Of a DNA stretch of 64,000 nt, positions 52,876 through 64,000 are shown piece by piece. The notes beneath the pieces were generated by a model. It was not told the DNA's origin. It saw only the letters and a program-made list of their open reading frames with translations, and did not search any database. The stretch is taken from assembly GCA_951406725.2 (NCBI GenBank), contig OX597816.1:63240001-63304000 (forward strand). Reading direction: 5' to 3'. Made by a program: the position numbers and the translations under genes. Position 1 is the first letter of the stretch, and every line of letters begins with the position of its first letter. This DNA is from Octopus vulgaris (Eukaryota).

Positions 52876-53315
52876 TCATCATCATCATCATAGTTTAACG
52901 TCTGCTTTCCATTCTAGCATGGGTTGGACGATTCAACTGGGGTCTGGGAAGCCAAGAGGCTGCACTAGGCCCAGTCTGATCTGGCAGTGTTTCTACAGCT
53001 GGATGCCCTCCCTAACGCCAACCACTCCGTGAGTGTAGTGGGTGCTTTTGACATTCCACCGGCACAGGTGCCAGGCGAGGCTGGCAACGGCCACGATCGG
53101 TTGGTGCTTTTTACGTGCCACCGGCATGGAGGGCAGTCGAGGCAGCGCTGGCAACGGCCACGCTCGGATGGTTCTTTTATGTGCCACCGGCACTGGTATC
53201 ACAACTACAATTTCCATTGATTTTTGATCGATTTCGATTTCACTTGCCTCAACAGGTCTTTGCAAGCAGAGTTTTGTGTCCCAAGAAGGAAAGGTATGCA
53301 TAAGTGGACTGGCTA
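52876..53315 (-). mobile_element. Family C repeat
   Basis: (CAT)n then the reverse-complement body. Similar copies at 51686-52110 and 53697-53940. Confidence 0.85.
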
Positions 53316-53940
53316 CGAATAAATAATCATTACATTTGATTAAGAAATCTGAATACTAAAAGGTTGATGCAAACTGTGATGAAGATGGATTTTACCTGTG
53401 ACTCAAAACTGCACCTTTGTCATACAGTGTGTGTCATTCTGATACCATCTGAGGATTATATTTGTGTGTATATGTATCTGTGGAATACTTGTCCACTTTT
53501 GCACAAACTCAAAAACAGATTGGCTTACTGAGTTCTCATATTTACTTCAACATGTGTTAGAAAACACACGATTGTTTATAACTGTTCTCTTTTTATGTTC
53601 TGCCTATATCCATCTCAGAGTAAAATATCTGTAAGTGTTACAAACATTCTTGTACATCTCTGTTCATTATTTATACATATATTACTTACATGCATGCATC
53701 ATCATCATCATCATCATCTTTTAATGTCCGCCTTCCATGCTAGCATGGGTTGGATGATTTTGACTGAGGGCTGGCGAACCAGACGGCCGCACCAGGCTCC
53801 AATCTTGATCTGGCAGAGTTTCTACAGCTGGATGCCCTTCCTAACGCCAATCACTCCGAGAGTGTAGTGGGTGCTCTTTACATGCCACCGGAACGGGGGC
53901 CAGTCAGGTAGTACTGGCATTGACCTCGCTCGAATCTTTA

Positions 53941-53981
<41 letters not shown>

Positions 53982-56724
53982 ACATGTGTCTACTATAATA
54001 ATACTCATGTTTTTCTGTCACAAAATATGAATGAAAATGGAAAGGGTGATGGCAAACTGGTAGCAGAGGGCAGGATGATAGAAATTCTATGGTGATAAAA
54101 ATATCAAAGCGTTTCAACACTGAGTATATGTGTGTGTATATAAAAGGGAACTATGTGAATGTTTATGTGCCTGAGTGTGTGCATGTATGTATGTGTGTGT
54201 GTGTGTGTGTGCAATGGAAATGGGATGGTGAACATTCAATGCTGAAAAGAAAAATCAAACAGCGTTTCAACTCTGTGTATTTTGGTATTTACTTGCCAGC
54301 TCCCGTATTTAGTCACGGCTAGCTTTATGTGGACTTAAGTCACACAAGAAGGAAGGAAACAAACAGTCAAGGGATGTTAGTTGCAGATAAGATTTTTCAC
54401 AAAAAGTTTCGTAATAAAAGAATTATTAAACTAAAAACTTTGTTTTGTACCTCACCTATATATAAAATACTACAATTAGCCATCATTTTTGTCAGCATGG
54501 GGCCAGCTAGTATATATTTATTATGTATATTCAGTTTCAGTCTTGAAAATCCACTCACAAGGCTTTGTTTAGTTTGAGGCTATAGTGAAAGACACTTGCC
54601 CAAGCTGCCACACAGTGGGATTGAACTGGGAGCCATGTGGTTTAGAAACAAACTTCTTACCAGCTTGCACCTTATGACATAGGTTCTTCTGTAATTTTGC
54701 TATTTTTTTTTTCTTGGTAGGGTTGATGGCCCTATGCAAACCCATTTGTACGTCTGGAACGAAGTGGCTCATATTATTCTGACTTCTATCCTTTGGCCTG
54801 TTCAGCCTGGAAGGTCCTGTCTGGAGCATGCATTCCATTGACATGGCACTCAGAGTCATTGAGGCATACAAGCTACTACAACATTGCTACAAGGACTGGT
54901 CCTTGTGGTGGATCTATGTTCAGTATGCCACCTACTTTTTGATAGGTGCACATACACACACACACATGTGGAGGGTGTAGCTTAGTGGTTAGAGTGTTAG
55001 ACTCATGATTGTAAGATTCTGGTTTCGATTCCTGGACCGGGCAACATGCTATATTCTTGATCAAAACACTTCATTTCACGTTGCACGGGTCCACTCATCT
55101 GGCAAAAAATGAGCAGTCCTGCAATGGACCGGCATCCTGTACAGGTGGGGAACTGATACACCATGGAAATCCAGAAACTGGCCCTTATGAGTCAGCATGA
55201 GTCAAGAAGGAAACTTTTTTTTTACACACACACACACGTTCATATTCCTCTTTACCATTTTCTTTCTCAGATAATCCACAAGGTGTCCATAAATGATGTA
55301 TCTAGGGTGTTTGTTAGTTACTTTTTTACATTTGTTTCGTTGTAATAATTGTTTATGTTCTTTTTTTTTAACTTATTTCAGTCATTTGACTGTGGCCATG
55401 CTGGAGCATTGCCATGTGGTTAGGAAGCCGGCTTCTTACCACTCAGCGACACCTGCACATATATACACACACACACATACATGGAAGTACACATACACAC
55501 ACAGACATACACACATAAACACATACATACATACATACATGCATCAATATATACATCAATACATACATACATGCATCAATATATACATCAATACATACAT
55601 CAATACATATACACATACATCAATACATATATACATACATCAATACATACATACATCAATACATACATACATACATCAATACAAACATACATACATCAAT
55701 ACAGGCATACATACATCAAAACATACATACACACATACATACATCAATACAAACATACATACATACCTACACACACACACACACACACATACACACACAT
55801 ACACACACACGCATACATAGCTTCCACAGAATTTCTGCCTGCCAAATTCACTCACAAGGCATTGGTCAGCTTGAGGCTATAGTTGAAGATACTTGTTCAA
55901 GGTGTCAATTATCACTCTGTTTTATGATATAATATTGGATCCACATTTGCACCTTATTGAAAACTTTCTTGCCTTATGGTCTATTCTGTATATGATCAAG
56001 ATATATCAGGAATATCTGTGTATATACACATATGGACATACATATATATATGCTTGTGTATAAGTGTGTCTGTGTGTGTGTGTATAATTGTACACATGTG
56101 TATATGTAAATGTATGTATCTGTACATATATATATGCTTGTGTATAAGTGTGTCTGTGTGTGTGTGTATAATTGTACACATGTGTATATGTAAATGTATG
56201 TATCTGCAAGTGTGTGTGTACGTGATTGTTTACATATGTGCGTATTTATACACTTGTTTGTAAGTATGTGTCTATACACTTGTGTATGTATGTGCATATA
56301 CATAAACGTACATGTATATATGTGTGTGTGGCTGTGGGTATATGAATGCATGTATGTGCTTCTTTGTGTATGTGTGTGTGTATATATATATATATACACA
56401 CATACACGTTTATATATGTACATATATGTTTGTGTATAAGTACATGGATATATGTACATGTAAATATGTGTATATACACATAAATGTATGTGTATATGTG
56501 TGTGTCTATGGATACACTGTCTGTGGGTATATGAATGCATGTATGTGCTTCTTTGTGTGTGTGTATATATATATATATATATACGCACACACACTTGCAC
56601 ACACATACACGTTTATATATGTACATGTACATATATGTTTGTGCATAAGTACATGGATATAAGAACATGTGAATATGTGTACATATATGTGTATATATAC
56701 ATGCATGTATGTGTATGTCTATAG

Positions 56725-56766
<42 letters not shown>

Positions 56767-57049
56767 AATTTCACTTCCCACTGTTCTTTCATGTTATATA
56801 ACTGAGATTCAATCTACCCTTGCCTGTTTAATCTGTCTGATTTGTTGCTGTGCCAACATAACTCCAGGCTTCTTCCTGTCTTTCAATTGTTGGCATTGTG
56901 CAGGCTTTGAGGGAGGATCGCTGCCAACATTTCATTCTGCCAGTCTTGTCAAATACTGTTGAACCTTTATTCTGAACTTTTTCACCTTGTTGTCTATGGA
57001 CACATCTGGTTTTAGTTTTACAATTCCATTCATAGATACACACCCCTTC

Positions 57050-57088
<39 letters not shown>

Positions 57089-57131
57089 TACATACACATA
57101 TATATAAATACATATGTATGTGTCTATAAGG

Positions 57132-57163
<32 letters not shown>

Positions 57164-57238
57164 CAAGTTATATACATATGTATAAATACATATGTATGGG
57201 TCTGTAGTGGTGTATGTATATATATATATATATATATA

Positions 57239-58546
57239 TTAAGGTATGTAGAAAAATACAACATGGACAAGAACGTATAACTCTTAGAAGACAATACAAT
57301 AAACACGGACAGGACATTCGAAACCCTCAGTCTTCAGTCAAGAACCGGATCATCGTAGTAATTTCGGCTGATTAATCTTGAGATTACTAGATCACGGCCA
57401 GCCCTCCAAGAAAAACTAAGCAACGAGCATTAGAAAAACTAAGCTGGAAGCGTAGATTTCCTGGAAGAAGGATCGAATGCATATGAACACCAGGACAGCA
57501 AAAGGGACAGATATAAAAAAAAAAAAAACAATAATGGAATACAGAAACATGAAATACAGAAGCATTAACGGTGAAAACAACAAGTGTCTTACGACTGATA
57601 ACAAGCGAACAAATTTTTTCTCTGGCGCATTGGAAGAAGCCTTTATAGCGGCGGACGAAAAACAACGATGTTAACACGACGAGGGTCAGGAGCTGAAAGG
57701 CAGATTTCGGCCAACAGTCACGTGACAGAGAAGAGGGAAAAGAAAAGAAAGAGAAGCAAAGGAAGAGAGAGAGAGAGAGAGAGAGAGGGAGGGACAAACG
57801 CAACAAAGAGAGAGAAGAGAGAGAAAGAAGGAATCAGAGAGGAGAAGGGATGGGTGTCGAAGAATGACCTGTGAGTGCAGAGCGAGACAAAGAAATAGGA
57901 GGGTAGTGGAAGACTAGACCAAAGAATCAGAGGAAAGAGAAGAGAAAAAGAGGATGAGTAGAGAGAAAAGAGAGAGAGGGGGACAGATCAAGTAAAAATG
58001 AGAGAGAGAGAGAGAGACAAACAGAGAGTCGTACCAATTATTAAGAATATGTGCTCACATTAATGTTAAGGGGGGTACGGGGCGCCTGGAATATATGTTA
58101 AGGTATGTAGAAAAATACAACATGGACAAGAACGTATAACTCTTAGAAGACGATACAATAAACACGGACAGGACATTCGAAACCCTCAGTCTTCAGTCAA
58201 GAACCGGATCATCGTAGTAATTTCGGCTGATTAATCTTGAGATTACTAGATCACGGCCAGCCCTCCAAGAAAAACTAAGCAACGAGCATTAGAAAAACTA
58301 AGCTGGAAGCGTAGATTTCCTGGAAGAAGGATCGAATGCATACGAACACCAGGACAGCAAAAGGGACAGATATAAAAAAAACAAAAAACAATAATGGAAT
58401 ACAGAAACATGAAATACAGAAGCATTAACGGTGAAAATAACAAGTGTCTTACGACTGATAACAAGCAAACAAATTTTTTCTCTGGCGCATTGGAAGAAGC
58501 CTTTATAGCGGCGGACGAAAAACAACGATGTTAACACGACGAGGGT
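57239..58546 (-). mobile_element. Non-autonomous Penelope-like / retrozyme-like element with two ~448-bp direct repeats
   Basis: 57239-57686 and 58098-58546 are near-identical (period 859 bp), with a non-coding (GA)-rich middle and (TA)n on both flanks. Hammerhead core strands lie on the minus strand. The repeat is certain; the classification is inferred. Confidence 0.65.
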
Positions 58547-58567
58547 ATGTATATATATATATATACG

Positions 58568-58708
<141 letters not shown>

Positions 58709-58874
58709 CATATATGTATATATATATATGTTTGTGTGTATTCTTTTGTCTCAGCAGGGTCATTATATACATATATATACATGTGTATGTGTGTTATATA
58801 ATATGTATATATATATTATATATGTATATATATATGTTAGTATATATATATATATTATATATATATACTAATGC

Positions 58875-59260
58875 TCTTTTATTCTTTTATTTGTTTCAGT
58901 CATTTGACTGTGGCTATGCTGGAGCACCACCTTTTAGTTGAGCAAATCAACCCCAGGACTTATTCTTTGTCAGCCTAGTACTTATTCTATCGGTCTCTTT
59001 TGCCGAACCACTAGATTACGGGGATGTAAACACACTAGCATCGGTTGTCAAGTGATGTTGGGGGAACAAACACAGACACACAAGCATAAACACACACACA
59101 TATATATGTATATACATGATGGGCTTCTTTCAGTTTCCGTCTACCAATCCACTTACAGGCTATAATAGAAGACACTTGCCCAAGGTGCCATGCAGTGGAA
59201 CTGAACCAGGAACCATGTGGTTGGTAAGCAAGCTACTTACCACACAGCCACTCCTGTGCA
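58875..59260 (-). mobile_element. SINE family A
   Basis: Homologous to 12212-12660. Confidence 0.85.
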
Positions 59261-60964
59261 ATATATATATTTATTTATTTATTTATTTATATATAATCAT
59301 GTCAGTGAATTTATTAATCCTCTCCATGAAGGGTCATTGACCTCTTTAGGAGATTTTATGATGCAACCACTTCTTGTTGCAATTATTTATTGTTCACTAA
59401 AATCTTTGATTGATTGATTAACTGGCTGTGATTCATCATTGATTGCTCATATTACTATTGTTGCTGTTGTCTTTCTTGCTGCTGTTTTCGTTCACTCTCC
59501 CTCCTCCTCTAGCATATCTGCACCATTCTACCGCTTGGAAGCAATCCATATACGCAGCAGCAACATACAAGATAGAGTAGGATTCACAGTTTCTCTTATC
59601 TTGCTGTTTTGAAGGGTTGTGTTATAATAAATACCATGGCTAAGATTGTATCCATCCCAAAGACTAGTAGAGATCTTCAGGGCCAGAAACTAAGACTGCA
59701 TCCGAAACTCTCAGGGAGACCATGAGGGCTGCAACGTAAGACTGTATCCCAAAGGCTATGAGGCATCTTGAGGGCCAGAACCTCCTTCAGCTCCTCTCAA
59801 TTACTGATGTTCTGATGTGTTGAAGTGCGTTCCCAAAGTAGAAAGTCCTGGGTCAAGAAAAGAACAAGCTTGTGTGTCTAACCACTGCAATATCATCAGA
59901 TGCTGACTGCCCTCCGCCAGTTGAGCAATGCAGTTGATGGATGTTCTGATTTAGCAGCAAAAAAATAAGATTAATGGTGTGTAAAAACAATGACATTCTT
60001 AGAGAAACTTTAGGTGTCTACATAAACTAGCTAGCCAGTTTGTTTTGAAGGACCTTTAGGATGGTTATGACTTGAGATAGCTTCTAGAAATCCTTGACTT
60101 GACGATGCTCCAGAGGAGCACTACTGGTTCAAGATAAACTCCAGAGATTTAGAAGTGCCATCAGGAAGGATTGTCTGAGTGAGTGCAGAGCAACAAAACT
60201 ATGTTGCTCTTACATGTGCAGTGTCCAAGCATTACTGACTTGTGGAGTTATATTGGAGTTATGCGGGACAAATTCACCTATTGGCTAAGTCCACTGTGAA
60301 GATTGCTGCGCTGCCTGCCTTAACAAGGTAAGGCAAGCCACATTCCTCTGTCTGGTGGCCATGGGGAAAGGCTGTATAGGGGACAAAAGTGAAAGCATTG
60401 AGGACAGACTTCTACCTCTTTGGTTAAACTCTCATTGACTTTTTCAAATCCTGCTTGGAAAGGAAAGCAAAGGTAATTAGGGAGATGATCTCTCCTAATG
60501 AATTTGTCAAAATGTGAGTGACAATGGCAAAAATGAGCTGGGTGAAAGGAACTACTCTAAGCATATGCTTGTAGATTGAAGATAAACAGTTTGGTGAGGG
60601 CTTGTGCCGTTGATGGGCAGGGTGATCCTGGATCTGTAGGGGTCTTTGATTGTGCCCTCCCACCTCCCTAGTTGGAGGCTCTCCTGTATCAGAAGAACTG
60701 CATCATCCACACACTTTGTATACTAAACAAGTTATTAAGATGGCAAGCAAGCAGAATTGTTAGCATGCCGGTCAAAATGTTTAGTGGCAGTTCATCTGTC
60801 TTTACATTCTGAGTTCAAATTCGGCCGAGGTCAGCTTTGCCTTTTATCCTTTCACGGTTGATAAAATAAGTACCAGTTGTGCACTGGAGTCGATTTAATT
60901 TACTTTTACCCTCCCCCACAACTGCTGGCCATATGCCAAAATTTGAAACCATTATTATTATTAT

Positions 60965-61503
60965 TAACCCGCATGTGTAAGCGAAAGCAGGGTATTATAA
61001 TTAATTGTCCTTGTCTGTGTGTTTGCAAAATTACTTGAAAACAGCCAAACAGATTTTCACCAAATTTGGCAGAAATACTCTCTGGGGGAGTGGCTCAAAA
61101 TGATGAAAATCTGGTTCGATTATCTTCAAACACACATAAATACATACATAGATATGCAACTCTGTGTGTATACAGTAATGGATTTGAGGGTTTCATTTAT
61201 TTATGAGTTGATTTCTCAATTTCACCGGAATAAATACCTATAATGGTGATACTTAAAAAAAAGAAAAAAATTTTTTTAAAGATCAAACTCAAAAATTTCC
61301 CGATAAGCAAGTGGTCATATTATTTATATCCTGCAATGAACTACATAACTGAAAGACGTTGCTATGCAATATTTTCTATAAGTATTTCATTTTGTTCACT
61401 TTCTTTTTCATATGAATTGAACCTTGTCTGCATATGTATAGATCATGTTGTACCTATACATATAGACACGTGTGCATACATAAATACATACATATATATG
61501 CGA

Positions 61504-61541
<38 letters not shown>

Positions 61542-61750
61542 AATAATGGATTTGAGGGTTTAGTTTACTTATGAGTTGATTTCTTAATTTCATCATTCTT
61601 AGGCTTCTGATCCTCTTTTAGTGAAACCCCTACAAAGCTTAATTCAGTTTGGTTAAAAAGCATGAGTAAGCAACGCACTGTAAACCACACTATAATTTGC
61701 AAAAAAATTTATCCACATGCAGGGTATGCATTATCCTTCTGATGCCTTAT
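60965..61750 (+). mobile_element. Helentron-associated (HINE-like) element
   Basis: ACCCGCATG..GCAGGGT 5' inverted repeat, CAGATTTTCACCAAATTTGGC core, and 3' CATGCAGGGT plus GCAT..ATGC hairpin. Confidence 0.45.
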
Positions 61751-61915
61751 TCTTTTATTATTATTGTTTTTGCCAAAGTCTCCTTCACATTTCATTCTTT
61801 CAGGGTCAGTGAATTAAGTACTAGTAAAACATTGGGGTCAATGTAATCAACTAGTCCCATCCCCACAAATTTCAGACCTTGTACCTACAGCAGAAAGGAT
61901 TATTATTATTATTAT

Positions 61916-62194
61916 TCTCTGTTTGACTTTTGCTTTATATTTGAACAAGCTGGCTCCAAGTCTCATCCAGAGACCTCAAGAGACAACAAGTTGGAAGTTC
62001 GTGTTGGTGTTATGCCTAGGGTGCCATATATTTGGTTTTGTGCTTAGTGTTGTACTAGTGAATGCCTAAAAAACCATACGAAAGTTATGTTTGTTTTAAA
62101 ACTTGAGATTACATAGAAAGTATTTTGCGTAGGATATGAGCAGTTCCCATGAGCACTATCTTTTGAATTTCTGACATTTTTGGATTTCCTGGTA

Positions 62195-62196
<2 letters not shown>
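61916..62196 (-). mobile_element. 5'-truncated Dong/R4-clade (RLE) non-LTR retrotransposon 3' end
   Basis: Minus strand reads IPGNPKMSEIQKIVLMGTAHILRKILSM* (QKxVLxGTAxILR is typical of the R4/Dong C-terminus) plus 3' UTR, embedded in (TAA)n on both sides. Confidence 0.8.
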
Positions 62197-62265
<69 letters not shown>

Positions 62266-62268
<3 letters not shown>

Positions 62269-62817
62269 TGAGAGAGCAGTGCATGCCATCAAAGTGACAC
62301 TGGGGTAAAATATACGAAGCCCAGTATACCCATCATGACTACCTGTCTGATAAGGGTACACCAGGCACATGCATCACAACCATATGTGCGCGACATGGTG
62401 ATCTCATATCAAGATAAACAGCACGTGACCTTGCAGGTGGGGCCCAGTTAGAATTTTCTTCTGGTTGAGTAACCCATCCTGCTCAAAAGGTCCCTGAATA
62501 AGAGTTGTTTAAGGATGTTGAACGAAACACCCATGTTTCCTGAGGTGAATTATTCAAACTCCAAAGAATCCCTCTCAACACATGGCTACGATCCTTCCCC
62601 ACTACTCTGCTCATGATCAGCGATGCACATATCATCAGCCACTAAGGGACATGCTCAACTTTAAGGTCAGACAACTGACGACCAAATTTGTAGTATTGAG
62701 CAGAATATTTGCCGTAGCCCATCTTTTATACCAAGACAAAACAATATACATGATGACACTTCCAATCAGTTAAGATCAGAACCCATGAGAGCCACTGCCT
62801 TGTACTGCATCAGGGCA
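62266..62817. mobile_element. Non-autonomous ~550-bp insertion within (TTA)n
   Basis: Sharp boundaries against (TTA)n on both sides, higher GC, no credible ORF. Confidence 0.55.
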
Positions 62818-63818
62818 TTATTATTACTATTATTATTATTATTATCTTTATTATTATTATTGTTGTTATTATTATTATTAAGAAGACAGTGAGCTGGTAG
62901 TCGTTAGCACTTCAGACAAAATACGAAGCAACATTCCTTCTGGGTCTTTATGTTCTAAGTTTGACATAATTGATAAATACCCCACTGCGCCCCCACCCCA
63001 GAAATTGCTGGCCTTGTGCCAAAATTTTAAACTATTATTATTATTGTTATTATTATTATTATTATTTGTTATTATTATACATCTATCATATTTATTTTTC
63101 ATTACTTTTCAAATTTATCCAAACAACAAGGGATTTGTAAGTCTGGGATTATTTTTGCTGTCTGTAAGAGAGTAGTAGAAAAAAACATTTTTTTTTTTTG
63201 CAAGAGTGATAATAAATGTTTGTGCAATTTGCAGAAAGTAATTTCTGGCTGTGATATAAAATGTATTGTGATACCAAATACAAAAATGTTAATACTGTTT
63301 GCTCACATTTACCAAGCTAACAGTTAAAAACCGGTATCCTTTACATTAAAGCTGGGGTGATCTGGCAAATGCTAGCCGAAGCCTGGAGAGAAAATAGCTG
63401 TACATAGGATTAAAAAAGAATATCAGTGACACTTTATAAGACAGTAAACAGTTAGTTGTTAAGTGTTTATTTTATATCCTACTGAAGTAGATATTATATA
63501 TATATTGCTACTAAGCTGGGAACAAAGGTTTTATTTATTAGGGTATATTTGGCTTACTTGTTTAATCTGATAAGCCTTTTTGCTCAAAGAAATTACATCG
63601 TTGAATCTTTTATGTATTCATTGGAAGTTTTGGAAATAGCAGCTACAAATCTCCCTCAAATCTCACCCTATCATGTTAAGAAAAAATAACACAAACAAAA
63701 ATAAATAAAAGGAAAAAAAAAAAAGAAATAGAAGGCCATCTGGATAATGTTGTTCTTGATAAATTGTATGACTGTGTAACCATAGATTTTTGTTTCGTTA
63801 TCACTGGGTCTCAAGTCT

Positions 63819-63861
<43 letters not shown>

Positions 63862-63866
63862 GTTTA

Positions 63867-63980
63867 TTATGTTGGGATAGTGGGTGCTGCTGCTGTTGTT
63901 GTTGTTGAGTGAATAGTCTTTGTCCCAGAGCTCGCAAGATGGGAGAAGTCCGAAACTTGGTCCTGTGCTATTCGTAAGAC
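63867..63980 (-). CDS. Candidate terminal coding exon of a convergent gene (VLRIAQDQVSDFSHLASSGTKTIHSTTTTAAAPTIPT*)
   Basis: Minus-strand acceptor CTGCTTTCACTTCTGCAG|GTC, 37 codons to TAA, then ~700 bp of AT-rich, largely non-TE, 3'UTR-like sequence with AATAAA motifs. Frame assumed. Confidence 0.4.
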   Translation of the reverse strand, partial: VLRIAQDQVSDFSHLASSGTKTIHSTTTTAAAPTIPT

Positions 63981-64000
63981 CTGCAGAAGTGAAAGCAGGT

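Noticed and set aside
57239-58546. LTR retrotransposon or TRIM
   Set aside because: The repeats lack TG...CA termini, a PBS/PPT and a discrete 4-6-bp TSD.

Overview
AT-rich, microsatellite-laden eukaryotic genomic DNA. The repeat content (tRNA-headed SINE families, mariner/piggyBac/Merlin-type MITEs, Helitron/Helentron relics, (TA)n/(TAA)n/(CA)n tracts) points to a coleoid cephalopod, probably Octopus; this is an inference from repeat recognition. Nearly all ORFs in the six-frame track are microsatellite or SINE artefacts. Well-supported non-repeat features are (1) a full-length U1 snRNA gene (27187-27350, +) with a candidate PSE and 3' box, unusual SL1-loop and Sm-site sequences, and a partial 3' duplicate 320 bp downstream, and (2) one ~2-kb coding exon (48765-50791, +) for a Q/H/N/S-rich disordered protein ending in SPRKRHR...RPCLDFEKMQ, a FAM53-like motif. 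A candidate exon lies at the right edge. The most interesting signals are several minimal hammerhead-ribozyme-like motifs in Penelope-like fragments, a 1.3-kb retrozyme-like element with two ~448-bp direct repeats carrying hammerhead strands in a non-canonical order, and a 99-bp-arm near-perfect palindrome. None of these is experimentally or computationally verified here.
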